DNA of 64,000 bases from Nitrospirota bacterium (GTDB taxonomy: Bacteria > Nitrospirota > UBA9217). Both the position numbers and the translations under genes were made by a program. The stretch covers positions 11,932 through 75,931 of the forward strand of contig DATJAP010000044.1 in the NCBI GenBank assembly GCA_035516155.1, read 5' to 3'. Below the pieces are notes generated by a model. That model had not been told where the DNA came from. It worked only from the letters and a program-made list of their open reading frames with translations, and ran no database searches. Positions 50,528 to 60,607 of this stretch are shown here, in pieces; position 1 is the stretch's first letter; every line of letters begins with the position of its first letter.

Positions 50528-51420
50528 GGCGAGTCCAAAGGTCGTTTTCAGATTTGCATTTCCGCACCACTCAGGAAGCGAGATAAATAGGCAGTCTGTT
50601 CCGGCAATTATATCGATTTCCACAGGAAATGTAAATTAGATATTCTCAGTTTTGGAAATCGCTCTATTGCGGAACGTTCCCTCAGGAGAGGCTTGGAGCC
50701 ATGCAAGACAGAATCCCCGCAGGCTCAGTTGCAATACCAGCGGGGCTCGCATATCTTTGATGCCGCCTTCCGACGGCAGTGCGTTGATAGGGCCGGTAAG
50801 GCACAACCCTGGCGGCAGAGACTGGATCGACCGTATGGTTGGGAAAGTGAGTGGCTTCGACCTCTCCATCTCCAGGACCCAGAGCAAGATACATCCTAAT
50901 GACCAGCGTATCAAGTCGATTTCGGCGCAGCTGGACTTATTTCCGTGGACGTATTGCTGTTCACATGCCAGCAGAGCTGCCGAGAGCCAAACAGGCAGTG
51001 TACCTTCTTCGCGGCCGGCATGGCTTCTATGCCACCAGTGCGAAAATTGGCCCGGAATATAACCAGGGATCCAAATACTGCATCGGCACGGTGCGCGCAT
51101 TGGACGATAAAGGGACGAGTAAACGCCGAGCTCGCGGTCACGTCTACGATGTCTATATTATCCAGAAAATCACCAACAGGCCGATTTCCCAAACACGGCA
51201 AGGCTACCTTCAAGTTCGGGTATCAGGCTTATGATTTCGATACACGGCCAGCAACAACTGGGCGGACGCTCCGACGAAGATCCCGACCTGCGGCCTCTCC
51301 CGCGAACGCCCGTATGCTTGCGCCAATTGAGACGACGAACGATATTTGTGCTACATTTGAAGTGCGGTTCTCGCTCTCAGTGACGCGGTTGCCGCATATG
51401 TCCAGGAAAGGAGGATTTGT

Positions 51421-52737
51421 ATGGCTATTTTAAGAAGTTTGGCAATGCTCCTATTCCTCTTCCTGCCCGTTGCATTCCTTCCACCCGGGGATACTTATGG
51501 CGCAGAGTCGAAAAAAGCGACGACCATCGACGAACTTGCTGCGATGTACGACTCGTCGAAGTGCAAGGAATGTCATGAAAATATCTACAACGACTGGGAG
51601 AAATCGATCCACGCCCGGTCCATTTTCGGCACAGGCCGTACCGCGGCCACCATCAAGACTACGGTCACCGTCGGTCTCATGGGATGGAAGTATTCCGGCG
51701 TGAAGAAGCCCGAGGATGTGCAGGTTAAACATCTCATGATCTGTGCGAAATGCCACCTTCCGCAGCTCGCCGAGGCGACTGATGATGTGGCCAGGGAGAT
51801 CGTAAAAAACGTGTTCGTTTACACGGACCCCGATGCAAGCGATGAGGCGAGGAACAAGGCTATCGCAATGCTTTCAAAAGTGAACATCAACTGCCTCATC
51901 TGCCATCAACGGAACGCCATTATTCACAAATGGGTGGACGGCTTTCCGGAAAAAAATACGGTTTACGGATTCAAGGACGGAGAGCATGCCGATTTGGCCC
52001 ACCCAAAGATGAAGGCAAGCCCCATCATGGACGAGTCCATCCTCTGCGGACAGTGCCACGGTTTGGGACCGAACTTTGAGCTTGAGAACCCCTCGCAGTG
52101 CGCCACGCTGTACGCAAGCTACAATATGGCCTACCGCGCTGAGGGTGGCCAGGAAAAATGCCAGGAATGCCACATGAAAAAGAGCAAGCTCGGGCATAAC
52201 ATGCAGAGCTACCGAGATCCCGGCATGGCAAAGGCAGCGGTGGACTTCAAGGTCGAGGCCATGGGGTATCAGTGGCGTGACGGCTCACGGATGGTTCCCC
52301 AGGCAATTGTGAAGGTCGAGATGATCAACCGGGCGGGCCATGGCATACCGGATGGCTGACCGACTCCCAACCGGCTGGTCCTGGACGTGACCGCGAGAGA
52401 CAGTAAGGGTAACGAGGTATTCAAGCAGTCGAAGATCTACATGCCCATTCCTCTGCAGCTCGGTCGCGGCGACAAGATGGGACGCGGACCCTATGAAAAG
52501 AGCGGCATGCTGCGCGACACGAGTCTGCCGCCCAATCGCCCGGTAAACGAAAGTTTCGACATCCCGTTCCCTGCGGAATTCTCAAAAGAGGGCGGAAAGG
52601 ACATAACCACGATTCTGGATTACGATATGACCGTGGATGTGGAACTCACGTATCTGCCCTTCGGCACCAAGGAGAGTGGACAGTTCACTTGGCAGAAAGT
52701 GACGAAGAAAGTGAGCATTGAAAAAGGCGGAGTGTAA
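51421..52737 (+). CDS. Periplasmic five-haem cytochrome c interrupted by an in-frame TGA (52357-52359)
   Basis: Signal peptide and five CxxCH motifs (CKECH, CAKCH, CLICH, CGQCH, CQECH). AAAGGAGG RBS. ORF 52387-52737 is in the same frame, has no SD, and continues the sequence ...AGHGIPDG-TGA-PTPNRLVLDVTARD... Confidence 0.7.
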
Positions 52738-52769
52738 AGACACTTTTTGACAAAGAGGCATTCCAAGCG

Positions 52770-52806
52770 CCGTCGGAACGAAAGTCTTTCCGCCGCATTC
52801 CGACGG
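52770..52806 (+). terminator. Stem-loop downstream of the cytochrome gene (terminator-like, weak T-tract)
   Basis: CCGTCGGAA ... TTCCGACGG is a 9-bp stem followed by TTCTT. Confidence 0.4.
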
Positions 52807-53064
52807 TTCTTAAATGTACTCGATCATTCATTCGGTACCATATCGACGCTCATCCCGCAATGCGATGATCTGCTGATAGACAAATTCCAAACCAGGCACC
52901 ACCCCTTCGCAAGGATCACTGGCACCGATTACGTTAAACTTTTCAGCGGCAGAGAATGAACGAGAAAGGTAATGCCAATTTTCGTGGCAGGCTATAAAAA
53001 ATACGGCAGTCCTATTTTTCCCGAGCTGCCGTAGCATTGTGATTACGTCTTCACCGCAAACAGA

Positions 53065-53258
53065 GCTGTACCTCCCACCCTTGTGAAATTCCAGTTTGCT
53101 AATTATCAGCGGGTTGCCTCCGTGACGAATGAAAATTCCACGAAAAAGGTTGGCATATTGGATGAAATTTCCCCGTATTTTTCACCCAACACATGAAAAT
53201 AAATTTTGAGCGAAAATACAGTTTGTCTTTCGCGGTATTGCATCACCTCAAAAAATGA
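53065..53258 (+). repeat. Copy A of a ~195-nt element with four phased (A/G)TGAAA(A)TT sub-repeats
   Basis: Aligns with 60295-60489 from GCTGTAC...(T/C)GTGAAATTCCAG to CATCACCTCAAAAA. Sub-repeats start at 53083, 53129, 53162 and 53193. Confidence 0.8.
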
Positions 53259-53564
53259 ATCGCCAGGCGGCAAGCTGCGTGGTATCGAGGGGAAGATTGT
53301 CCTAAGAGAATCTGTGGTTTCTCCTATTCTTCCCTCTCTGAGGTGACGCTGCAGCGAACTACAGGGAATGTAAGTTAAAGTACGCATAAAAATTATCCCC
53401 CGCGCGCTCACTATTTCCGGGAGGATATGAACATATAAAGGATCCGAGCCATTTAGTCATGTCTTGCAACCTGCGGCCTCCCGGAGGATATTTGCGGTTG
53501 TTTGCTGTCAAAATTGTCCTGATCTTTAATTTTCGCGTTTCTGGATATATCTATCGAAAGAGCT

Positions 53565-54461
53565 TCATGTCTCGAAACCGGATAGGTTCTCCTTGGCCAG
53601 TTCATCGGTCCCGCGCTCTAGTTCCGCGATAACCTGGGCACCCAACAGCAGGATCAATGCTACAGCCTCAGTGGTCAGAAGTGCCACCACTACCGTGGCA
53701 AAGGATCCATAAATTAAATTTACCATGGATATAACCGAGTAATACCAGACCAGCACCCGGCGCGTGATCTCCCATAAAATCGTTGCGGCTAACCCGCCAA
53801 TCAAAGCGCGGCGGAACGTGATATGGACAACAGGCATGACCAGATAGATTGATGTGAGCAGCAGCACCTCACCAATGATCCCCAGGACATACAACACAAT
53901 GCCGGATATTCCTTCCAGGCCCAATGTCCAACCGAACAGGATCAATTGCCTTCTTTCAAGGGTCTCCATTGCTCCCGTAATGAATGATACCAGCAAGATG
54001 CCCAGACCCAACACAAAGATATACACATATGGAATCAGCGTGGAAATCAGGAAGGGACGGTGTTTTACTCTGACCCGGTGAAAAAAGATAACGGACATGG
54101 CGTTTTCAAGAACAGTAAATGCTATGGAGCTGAAAAAGAGCATCACCAGGAATCCAATGACACCGACCACATCCCGATGCGCGAGAAATACCCGCACCTG
54201 TTCAGTCAGCGTTGCAGCATAGCCGGGAATGATCATTTCCAGATAGATGGATAAGGTATGAAATAACTGTTCCTCCTCGATAAAATGAGACAACCCGATA
54301 AGGGCGAGAATCGACATCGGCACAATGGACAACAGGGTGTAATACGCAACAGCGCCGCATAGCAACAGACCCTGATTGCGCTTGAAATCGCGTAGAACTC
54401 TCACCAGGAAGCTGAAGATCCGGCTCAGTCCCTTCGTGCCTAAGTGTCGGTAGTCAAACAT
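53565..54461 (-). CDS. YihY/BrkB-family inner-membrane protein
   Basis: 298 aa, multi-TM. RNQGLLLCGAVAYYTLLSIVPM and SYNLIYGS-like (VNLIYGSFATVVVALL) motifs. Confidence 0.85.
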   Translation of the reverse strand: MFDYRHLGTKGLSRIFSFLVRVLRDFKRNQGLLLCGAVAYYTLLSIVPMSILALIGLSHFIEEEQLFHTLSIYLEMIIPGYAATLTEQVRVFLAHRDVVGVIGFLVMLFFSSIAFTVLENAMSVIFFHRVRVKHRPFLISTLIPYVYIFVLGLGILLVSFITGAMETLERRQLILFGWTLGLEGISGIVLYVLGIIGEVLLLTSIYLVMPVVHITFRRALIGGLAATILWEITRRVLVWYYSVISMVNLIYGSFATVVVALLTTEAVALILLLGAQVIAELERGTDELAKENLSGFET

Positions 54462-54715
54462 GGGTCAGGAAATGATAACAATCCTTGCTTTTTCTTTCGC
54501 GATCATTTCTTCGTGAAAGAGGATAGGGCGAACAAATCTCGAGATAATCATTGTTCGAGCATGCGTGCATTCATTGGAACAGCCAATAATGGTCGCGTGC
54601 CGTACTTCTGAAGCGCGTCAGCACGGCACGTTCAAGATCAAGTTGGATCACGAGAAGGGGAAGCGTATTCACGATCCCTGCCCTTTATCTCCGGGCGGAT
54701 GGAAGAAGGAAGCGC

Positions 54716-54755
54716 AAAAAAAAGGAAAGGCACGCTCCCTTGCATGCCCTTTCTT
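54716..54755 (-). terminator. Rho-independent terminator after the YtxH gene
   Basis: On the minus strand, a GAAAGGGCA/TGCCTTTCC-type stem with one bulge is followed by an 8-T run (plus-strand A8 at 54716-54723). Confidence 0.6.
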
Positions 54756-54838
54756 CGAAAACCTTCTGGATCCAACTTCTCATCTCAGGGGAAGCTGTCC
54801 TCGTATAGCGCGGAATTTAGTCACCGTATCTACACGGC

Positions 54839-55126
54839 TCATGCATGCTGCCACTTTTCTTTCTCCTGAGTATACGCATTCTTGCCTGCATCGATGGCGC
54901 TCGCAACTGCTGTTCTGCCTTCCTCATAGAGTTCCTTCCCCTTGTCGATGGCCAGGGCAACCCGGTCCTTCGTAGTAGTGGCAAACCGCTTCACGTCATT
55001 CCTTATTTCCTTCCCCGGCTTTGGCGCGAACAGCAATGCTACTCCTGCCCCCACAACACCACCCACGAGGAATGGCACCATAATGTTGATGCCCTTATTC
55101 GTCAGTTCTTCTTTCATAATCATCAC
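54839..55126 (-). CDS. YtxH-domain protein
   Basis: VGGVVGAGVALLFAPKPGKEIRNDVK is the hallmark YtxH segment. 95 aa. Confidence 0.8.
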   Translation of the reverse strand: MMIMKEELTNKGINIMVPFLVGGVVGAGVALLFAPKPGKEIRNDVKRFATTTKDRVALAIDKGKELYEEGRTAVASAIDAGKNAYTQEKEKWQHA

Positions 55127-55552
55127 CTCTTCCTTTGTTCAGCGCCTTTGCGAGGGCTGCGTCCCCTGAGTAATACCGCCTGCGTTTTCTCCTTTCTTGC
55201 AAGTTCTTTACGGTGTTGGATTCTACTTTAAGTATATCACTAGCTCTTAAAACGCGGGGAGGATGGAAAAACAAACTCAGCGGTTCAAAAAAAGGAACTA
55301 CCGGTAACCGGTAACTCCTCGATTTGCTTGGCCTCCCCAAGCACCATGTCGTGGAACCACATAGAACCCTGCCTTATGGCCCTCCACGGACTCAAGCAAA
55401 ACCTTATAGTTAAAAAGGTTAATAAATATGGGCCATTGGGAAGAGCTAAGTGTCAAGTCAATGGCTTTTTACTCCCATTAAAGGTTGGAACTGGGTTTGC
55501 TGTTGCGACGCGGCTCATTACATCCATTAAGGAAGCAACGAAATGCCGCACA

Positions 55553-56043
55553 ATGCCGCAGAGAAAAAAGCCAGATAATATTGCTGGGATGCAAGCCAGA
55601 GTTATTGAGCGACTCCTCTACGGAGATACCATCACGGCTGCTACAAAATTTGCGGGGATTTCAAGAACATTCATCGATGGGAAAAAGACGATTGGAATTC
55701 CCAATCTGACCTGAACAGGCGCATGAAGGAAATGCAGGATGCAATAAGCACACGTCTATTATTGTTGGCCTTATCTGCTTCGGCAGTTGTCGAAAAGGCA
55801 ATTAAGAAAGGTGATGTTAAAGCATCTATAGCCAAAACAAATTGCTTGCAATTACAGGAAATTATCTGTAATTTAAATAATAGATATTTTAGTAATTTAA
55901 TTATTGGAAAATATATCCTCAGCAAGATAATCTGCATCTCAATCATTCCCTTGCGGGACGAATGCGATCATCAATGTAATTTCAGCAAAAACCATGATAA
56001 TAGCCGCCTGGAAAAAATACATTTACGGGTTGATTGCAAATGA
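55553..56043 (+). pseudogene. Frameshifted small HTH protein of the kind carried by mobile elements
   Basis: MPQRKKPDNIAGMQARVIERLLYGDTITAATKFAGISRTF continues in another frame as HRWEKDDWNSQSDLNRRMKEMQDAISTRLLLLALSASAVVEKAIKKGD. The frame switches at the GGGAAAAA run (55679-55686). Confidence 0.45.
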
Positions 56044-57340
56044 ACTGTCATTGATCACCCGTTACTATGATCGGGTCCTGCAATGCATGCCACGGCCAGA
56101 AGATAGCGGGTTGCTCATAGCTGCTCTTGACTGCCAGCAGAAAGAGTTGATTAAAGAATTTGACACCTTCCCTGACCTATCCAGTGAACAGACAACCCGA
56201 ACCGCTGTTCTTCTCAATGCTACGATCAATCATCATTTTGATGTCGAGGGACTGTTGCGACAGATAGCCCCCCGACTATCGCGGACATCGAGAATATTGA
56301 TAGTTGCCTACAATCCTTATTTGAGCTGGCTCTATCGCTTAGCCAATCGAATCGGCCTCAGAAAGGGCGAGGTACCTACGACCTTCATCACCCGCATTGA
56401 CCTGGAAAATATAGCTAAACTCGCTGGTTACACCATAGTTAGAACACGTTTGGGGGTTTATTTCCCCTGGAAACTTTTTGGCTTTGGTACCATTTTGAAC
56501 CATGTTCTTTCATCTATACCTATCGTACGCTGGTTTGGACTCGTTTACCTGGCAGTACTTCGTCCGATAGCGCCAGAGGCATCAGGAGACCATCCATCGT
56601 TATCATGTGTAGTCCCTGCACGAAATGAGCGCGGCAATATAGAAAACTGCATTCGACGTTTTCCTAACCTTGGATGCGACCTAGAGATCATTTTCGTCGA
56701 GGGGCATTCAACGGACGGGACTTGGGAAGAGATATTACGGGTTAAAGAAGTGTATGGGACCCGTTTTAACATCAAAGCATTTCAACAGTCCGGGAAGGGT
56801 AAAAAAAACGCTGTTAGACTCGGTTTTTCGCAGGCGAGAGGAGAGCTGCTGACGATTCTCGATGCGGACCTGACCATGCCTCCGGAGCTACTGGGTCGTT
56901 TTTACTCGGCATACTGCAAGGGACATGCTGATTTTATCAACGGCTCCCGCCTAGTGTATCCCATGGAAGGCAATGCAATGCGGTTCCTGAACCGCTTGGG
57001 GAACGTGTTCTTTGCGAAAGCTTTAAGTTGGGTGCTTGACACACAGCTCGGCGACACCCTGTGTGGTACGAAGCTCCTAGCCCGGCACGATTACAAACGG
57101 ATGGTGGCCTGGCAAAGGGACTTCGGGGATTTTGATCCTTTCGGAGACTTCGAACTCATTTTCCCCGCAGCCGTTCTGGGGCTGGGGATCGTGGACGTTC
57201 CGATCCGATACCGAAACCGCACCTACGGCAGTACCAACATAAGCCGGTTCCGCCATGGTTTTATGCTGCTGAAAATGACACTTGTAGGGCTGTACCGTAT
57301 AAAACTAGGGATGGGAAGAAAAAAGCTGGGGCAAATTTAA
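55994..57340 (+). CDS. Family-2 glycosyltransferase fused to the C-terminal part of a class I methyltransferase-like domain
   Basis: The GT2 core reads LSCVVPARNERGNIE...ILDADLTMPPE. The N-terminal ~190 aa resemble the distal half of a SAM methyltransferase (RILIVAYNPYLSWLYRLANRIGLRKG...) but no GxGxG motif is present. Confidence 0.75.
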   Translation: MIIAAWKKYIYGLIANELSLITRYYDRVLQCMPRPEDSGLLIAALDCQQKELIKEFDTFPDLSSEQTTRTAVLLNATINHHFDVEGLLRQIAPRLSRTSRILIVAYNPYLSWLYRLANRIGLRKGEVPTTFITRIDLENIAKLAGYTIVRTRLGVYFPWKLFGFGTILNHVLSSIPIVRWFGLVYLAVLRPIAPEASGDHPSLSCVVPARNERGNIENCIRRFPNLGCDLEIIFVEGHSTDGTWEEILRVKEVYGTRFNIKAFQQSGKGKKNAVRLGFSQARGELLTILDADLTMPPELLGRFYSAYCKGHADFINGSRLVYPMEGNAMRFLNRLGNVFFAKALSWVLDTQLGDTLCGTKLLARHDYKRMVAWQRDFGDFDPFGDFELIFPAAVLGLGIVDVPIRYRNRTYGSTNISRFRHGFMLLKMTLVGLYRIKLGMGRKKLGQI

Positions 57341-57632
57341 GGGCACCAACTGCATATACCGCTTTTTCATTTTTAGGATTCAATTTTTTAATGCTTAACA
57401 TAAGTGATACTTGATGCACTCGTAAAAAAGGCTCCCAAAGGCCATTGCGTGCGAAGCTAAGCAATTTCACAGTTCCTAACCACCTTCATACTTAATAATT
57501 GAGATTGCCGCGCATTGCAGGATTTACCGAGCAGAGCCAGGAAAGTTTCCCCCTAACGTCAGCACAGGGTGCTATACAGGGCCATCCATAATTAAACAAT
57601 TCGTCAAGTTAATAGGACGGCATACGAACGAT

Positions 57633-59351
57633 ATGAGAGCGCGCAATTTCGTTGAAATCTTGTCTGATAAACATAAATACGCTGTACCTGTATTATTACT
57701 CGTCATTACATTTATGACATACTTCCAAATTACCGGTCACGATTTCATAAGCTATGATGATCCAGCATATATAACGGAAAATGTTCATGTAATGAACGGC
57801 CTGAATTATAACAGTATTAAGTGGGCATTTACGTCGGTTGGAATATCGTATTGGCACCCGATGACATGGATCTCTCATATGGTCGATTATCAAATATATG
57901 GGAGTAATCCTTTCGGTCATCATATGACAAATATTATTATACACACATTAAATACTCTTCTATTGTTTTATCTTCTATATTATTCAACAAAACAATATTG
58001 GAAAAGCCTGTTTGTTGCCGCGGTTTTCGCATTACATCCTTTGCATGTTGAATCAGTCGCATGGGCAGCTGAACGTAAAGATCTTCTTAGCACATTTTTC
58101 ATGATGCTGACGTTGCTTTTTTATAGCGCCTCCGTGATTAATAAAAACAGAAGATTTTATGTTCTAACGATCTTGTTCTATATTTTAGGCCTCATGTCCA
58201 AACCGATGCTAGTCAGCCTTCCGCTGGTGCTCATTTTGTGGGACTACTGGCCTCTAGACAGATACAGCACCCATGATGTCCGAACGGTAGATTTGATACG
58301 GGAGAAATTACCCTTCTTTTTTCTCGCATTATTAACATCCCTCATAACCTATTACGCACAACTTAAAGTAGGGGCTGTCATGGGCATCGATTCTGCCCCT
58401 TTTTTTCTCAGGATATTAAATGCGCTTTCCAGCTACATGAACTATATCTATAAAATGTTCTGGCCTCAGCACCTTGCTGTTATATACCCGCTTACTCACA
58501 ATATTTCGGTCATTCAGGGAATTATCAGCGGCTTATTGCTGCTCGGGATATCAACTATCGTATACCGATATCGGAAAAGCCATCATTATTTGACGACAGG
58601 CTGGGTCTGGTATTTGATAACATTGCTGCCGGTCATAGGGATTGTACAGGTGGGGTCACAGTCAATGGCTAATCGTTATACGTATACAACCCAAATTGGA
58701 TTATACATTATGATTGCCTGGAGTATTGCCAACTTGCTTGAAAAATATCAATATAAATATTTAATAAGCTCTTTTGCCGGAATTATCGTGATCTCCGCGC
58801 TTACCGTTAGCACATGGATACAGTTGACTTACTGGATGGACAGCATCACCCTCTTCAATCATGCCGCCCATTGCGTAGATAATAACTACATAGCATACAG
58901 GATGTTGGGGGATAACTATGGGAAAATCGGCAACGTCCAGGCAGCCATTGCATCTTTTACCGAGGCAATTAAAATAGAGCCTAATGATTCAAAAGCCCAT
59001 GAAGGCCTGGGTGTTGCTCTCATTGAGCAAAAAAGGTACGAAGAGGCCATGTACCATTTAAGTACAGCTATAGCTCTTAACCCTCAAAACGATAATGCTT
59101 ATTATAATTTGGGCGTTGTACTTGCATACAATCACAGATATGAAGACGCAATCTATAGCTATATGCAGTCACTCAGAATTAACCCGGAGAAAAAAGGCGC
59201 TCGTGCAAACATCGGTGCAGCATTATTTCATTTGGGCAAATTTGATGAGGCAATTCATTATTTTCAAGAGGAGTTGAAAATTGATCCTGGCAATGAAGCC
59301 ATAAAGAATTATATTGGCGCGGCCATCAATATTAAAAACGCAGCGAAATGA
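57633..59351 (+). CDS. TMTC-like polytopic membrane protein with C-terminal TPR repeats (putative glycosyltransferase)
   Basis: About 11 TM helices, LHPLHVESVAWAAERKDLL motif, and at least four TPR units at the C-terminus (AIASFTEAIKIEPND..., AMYHLSTAIALNPQN...). Confidence 0.8.
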   Translation: MRARNFVEILSDKHKYAVPVLLLVITFMTYFQITGHDFISYDDPAYITENVHVMNGLNYNSIKWAFTSVGISYWHPMTWISHMVDYQIYGSNPFGHHMTNIIIHTLNTLLLFYLLYYSTKQYWKSLFVAAVFALHPLHVESVAWAAERKDLLSTFFMMLTLLFYSASVINKNRRFYVLTILFYILGLMSKPMLVSLPLVLILWDYWPLDRYSTHDVRTVDLIREKLPFFFLALLTSLITYYAQLKVGAVMGIDSAPFFLRILNALSSYMNYIYKMFWPQHLAVIYPLTHNISVIQGIISGLLLLGISTIVYRYRKSHHYLTTGWVWYLITLLPVIGIVQVGSQSMANRYTYTTQIGLYIMIAWSIANLLEKYQYKYLISSFAGIIVISALTVSTWIQLTYWMDSITLFNHAAHCVDNNYIAYRMLGDNYGKIGNVQAAIASFTEAIKIEPNDSKAHEGLGVALIEQKRYEEAMYHLSTAIALNPQNDNAYYNLGVVLAYNHRYEDAIYSYMQSLRINPEKKGARANIGAALFHLGKFDEAIHYFQEELKIDPGNEAIKNYIGAAINIKNAAK

Positions 59352-59436
59352 CGTTTTCGTTGTAATTCTCTTGGAAAGCCCAAAGTGGCCAGTCGCGGCA
59401 TGATTTATTGCAGTCCACATCGGTTCTTAATTATAA

Positions 59437-60129
59437 ATTCATTTGAAGTGTTCTCATTGCGGAATATCTCTGACAGGCAGTCGCTCTAAAGGCAGGAAAG
59501 AATATTACTCTTACTATCGCTGACCTCAGTGCAAAAAAGTGAACGTCCGGAACGAAAAGCTGAAACGGCGGTATACCGTCCTTCCCACATCTTTACAGAT
59601 TAACCCTCGTAGCATGAACTTGTTTAAAGCGATTGTCCTTGATGTGTGGAAGGACAGGCAGAGTGAGAAGAAAGCCTTGATCGCTGAGCTCGAACGTAAT
59701 ATTGACAAAATTGAAGCGAAGAGAAGTATATTCACCGATGCATTGGTTGACGAATTAATTATAAAAGCAGTACACGATAAAAAAATAGGGAAACTGACGG
59801 ACGAATCAGAGTCGGCCAAATCAGAGTTAGAACTTCTGCGAGACGATAGCTTTGACCCAACAGGAGTCTTGGACTTCGCCGAGTGTTTTATGGTTCAACC
59901 ACATGAAACATGGGCAGGCTTAGCTATACGTAAAAAGAAAGTGTTCCAGAATGCTGTTTTTCCTCAGGGAATCACATTTGATGGGGAGAAACTTGAAACC
60001 GCTAAAATATCCTTGATTTACAGCATGTTAAAGAATTTCTCGGCCCAGACATCAAAATTGACGTCCCCAATGGAATTTGCCCCCCCTCATCAAGGCGCAA
60101 TGCTTAAACTAAAAAAATCCTCATGGTAA
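59437..60129 (+). pseudogene. Remnant of a large serine recombinase (Zn-ribbon plus coiled-coil C-terminal half only)
   Basis: The frame reads CSHCGISLTGSRSKGRKEYYSYYR-TGA-PQCKKVNVRNEKL... No catalytic N-terminal domain is present. An in-frame TGA (59521-59523) sits where the third Zn-ribbon Cys is expected. Confidence 0.6.
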
Positions 60130-60294
60130 GGGGCGTTAACATTCCACTCGATAATATTGCACTCAAAAAAAGCTGCTTGAGTTATCAGGCTAGATATTTG
60201 TCTATTCTGCCAGCCTCGTGAATAACACCTTGTTCATCTTGACTTTCAGTCACCCACTTCAACTTTCACGCGTTCTCAAGAGGCCATAACGACG

Positions 60295-60489
60295 GCTGTA
60301 CGTTCTCACATCTCGTGAAATTCCAGGTTGCTAATTATCAACGAGTTACAGATCTTACAGATGAAAATTTCACGATAATATTCGCACATCAGATGAAATT
60401 TTCCTGTATTTTTCGCTCAACTGATGAAATTAAAACAAGAGCTAAATATTGTCTGTATTTTCAACATATTACATCACCTCAAAAATTAA
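60295..60489 (+). repeat. Copy B of the ~195-nt phased-repeat element
   Basis: Same order and orientation as copy A. Sub-repeats start at 60315, 60361, 60393 and 60424, giving spacings 46/32/31 versus 46/33/31 in copy A. Confidence 0.8.
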
Positions 60490-60607
60490 GGAGAACTGCA
60501 GTTGATCCCGCGACAAATTTACTGCTGTAATTTCCTTCGACATATTTTCTCTAAGAAAACGGCTCCGTTAATATAATCGGTGGGAATAATAACACCCTTA
60601 AAGACTA

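Noticed and set aside
52387-52737. Independent 116-aa gene starting at GTG
   Set aside because: There is no SD. It is in the same frame as the upstream cytochrome ORF, and the sequence is continuous across the TGA, so it is treated as the C-terminal part of one protein.
53106-53411. 101-aa minus-strand ORF and the small + strand ORF 60315-60530 inside the repeat copies
   Set aside because: The reading frames are not conserved between the two copies (indels are not multiples of three). The only SD-like sequence is too close to the ATG.
57463-57471. Inverted 9-nt match (AATTTCACA) to the TGTGAAATT start of repeat copy A, a possible right end of a 4.4-kb transposon
   Set aside because: A 9-mer match is expected by chance in a window this size. 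The adjacent sequence lacks the phased sub-repeats, and no transposition genes lie between.
57473-57575. CCTAAC / CTAACG motifs as a second attC site
   Set aside because: There is no complementary GTTAGG partner in the right orientation and no L-box palindrome between them.
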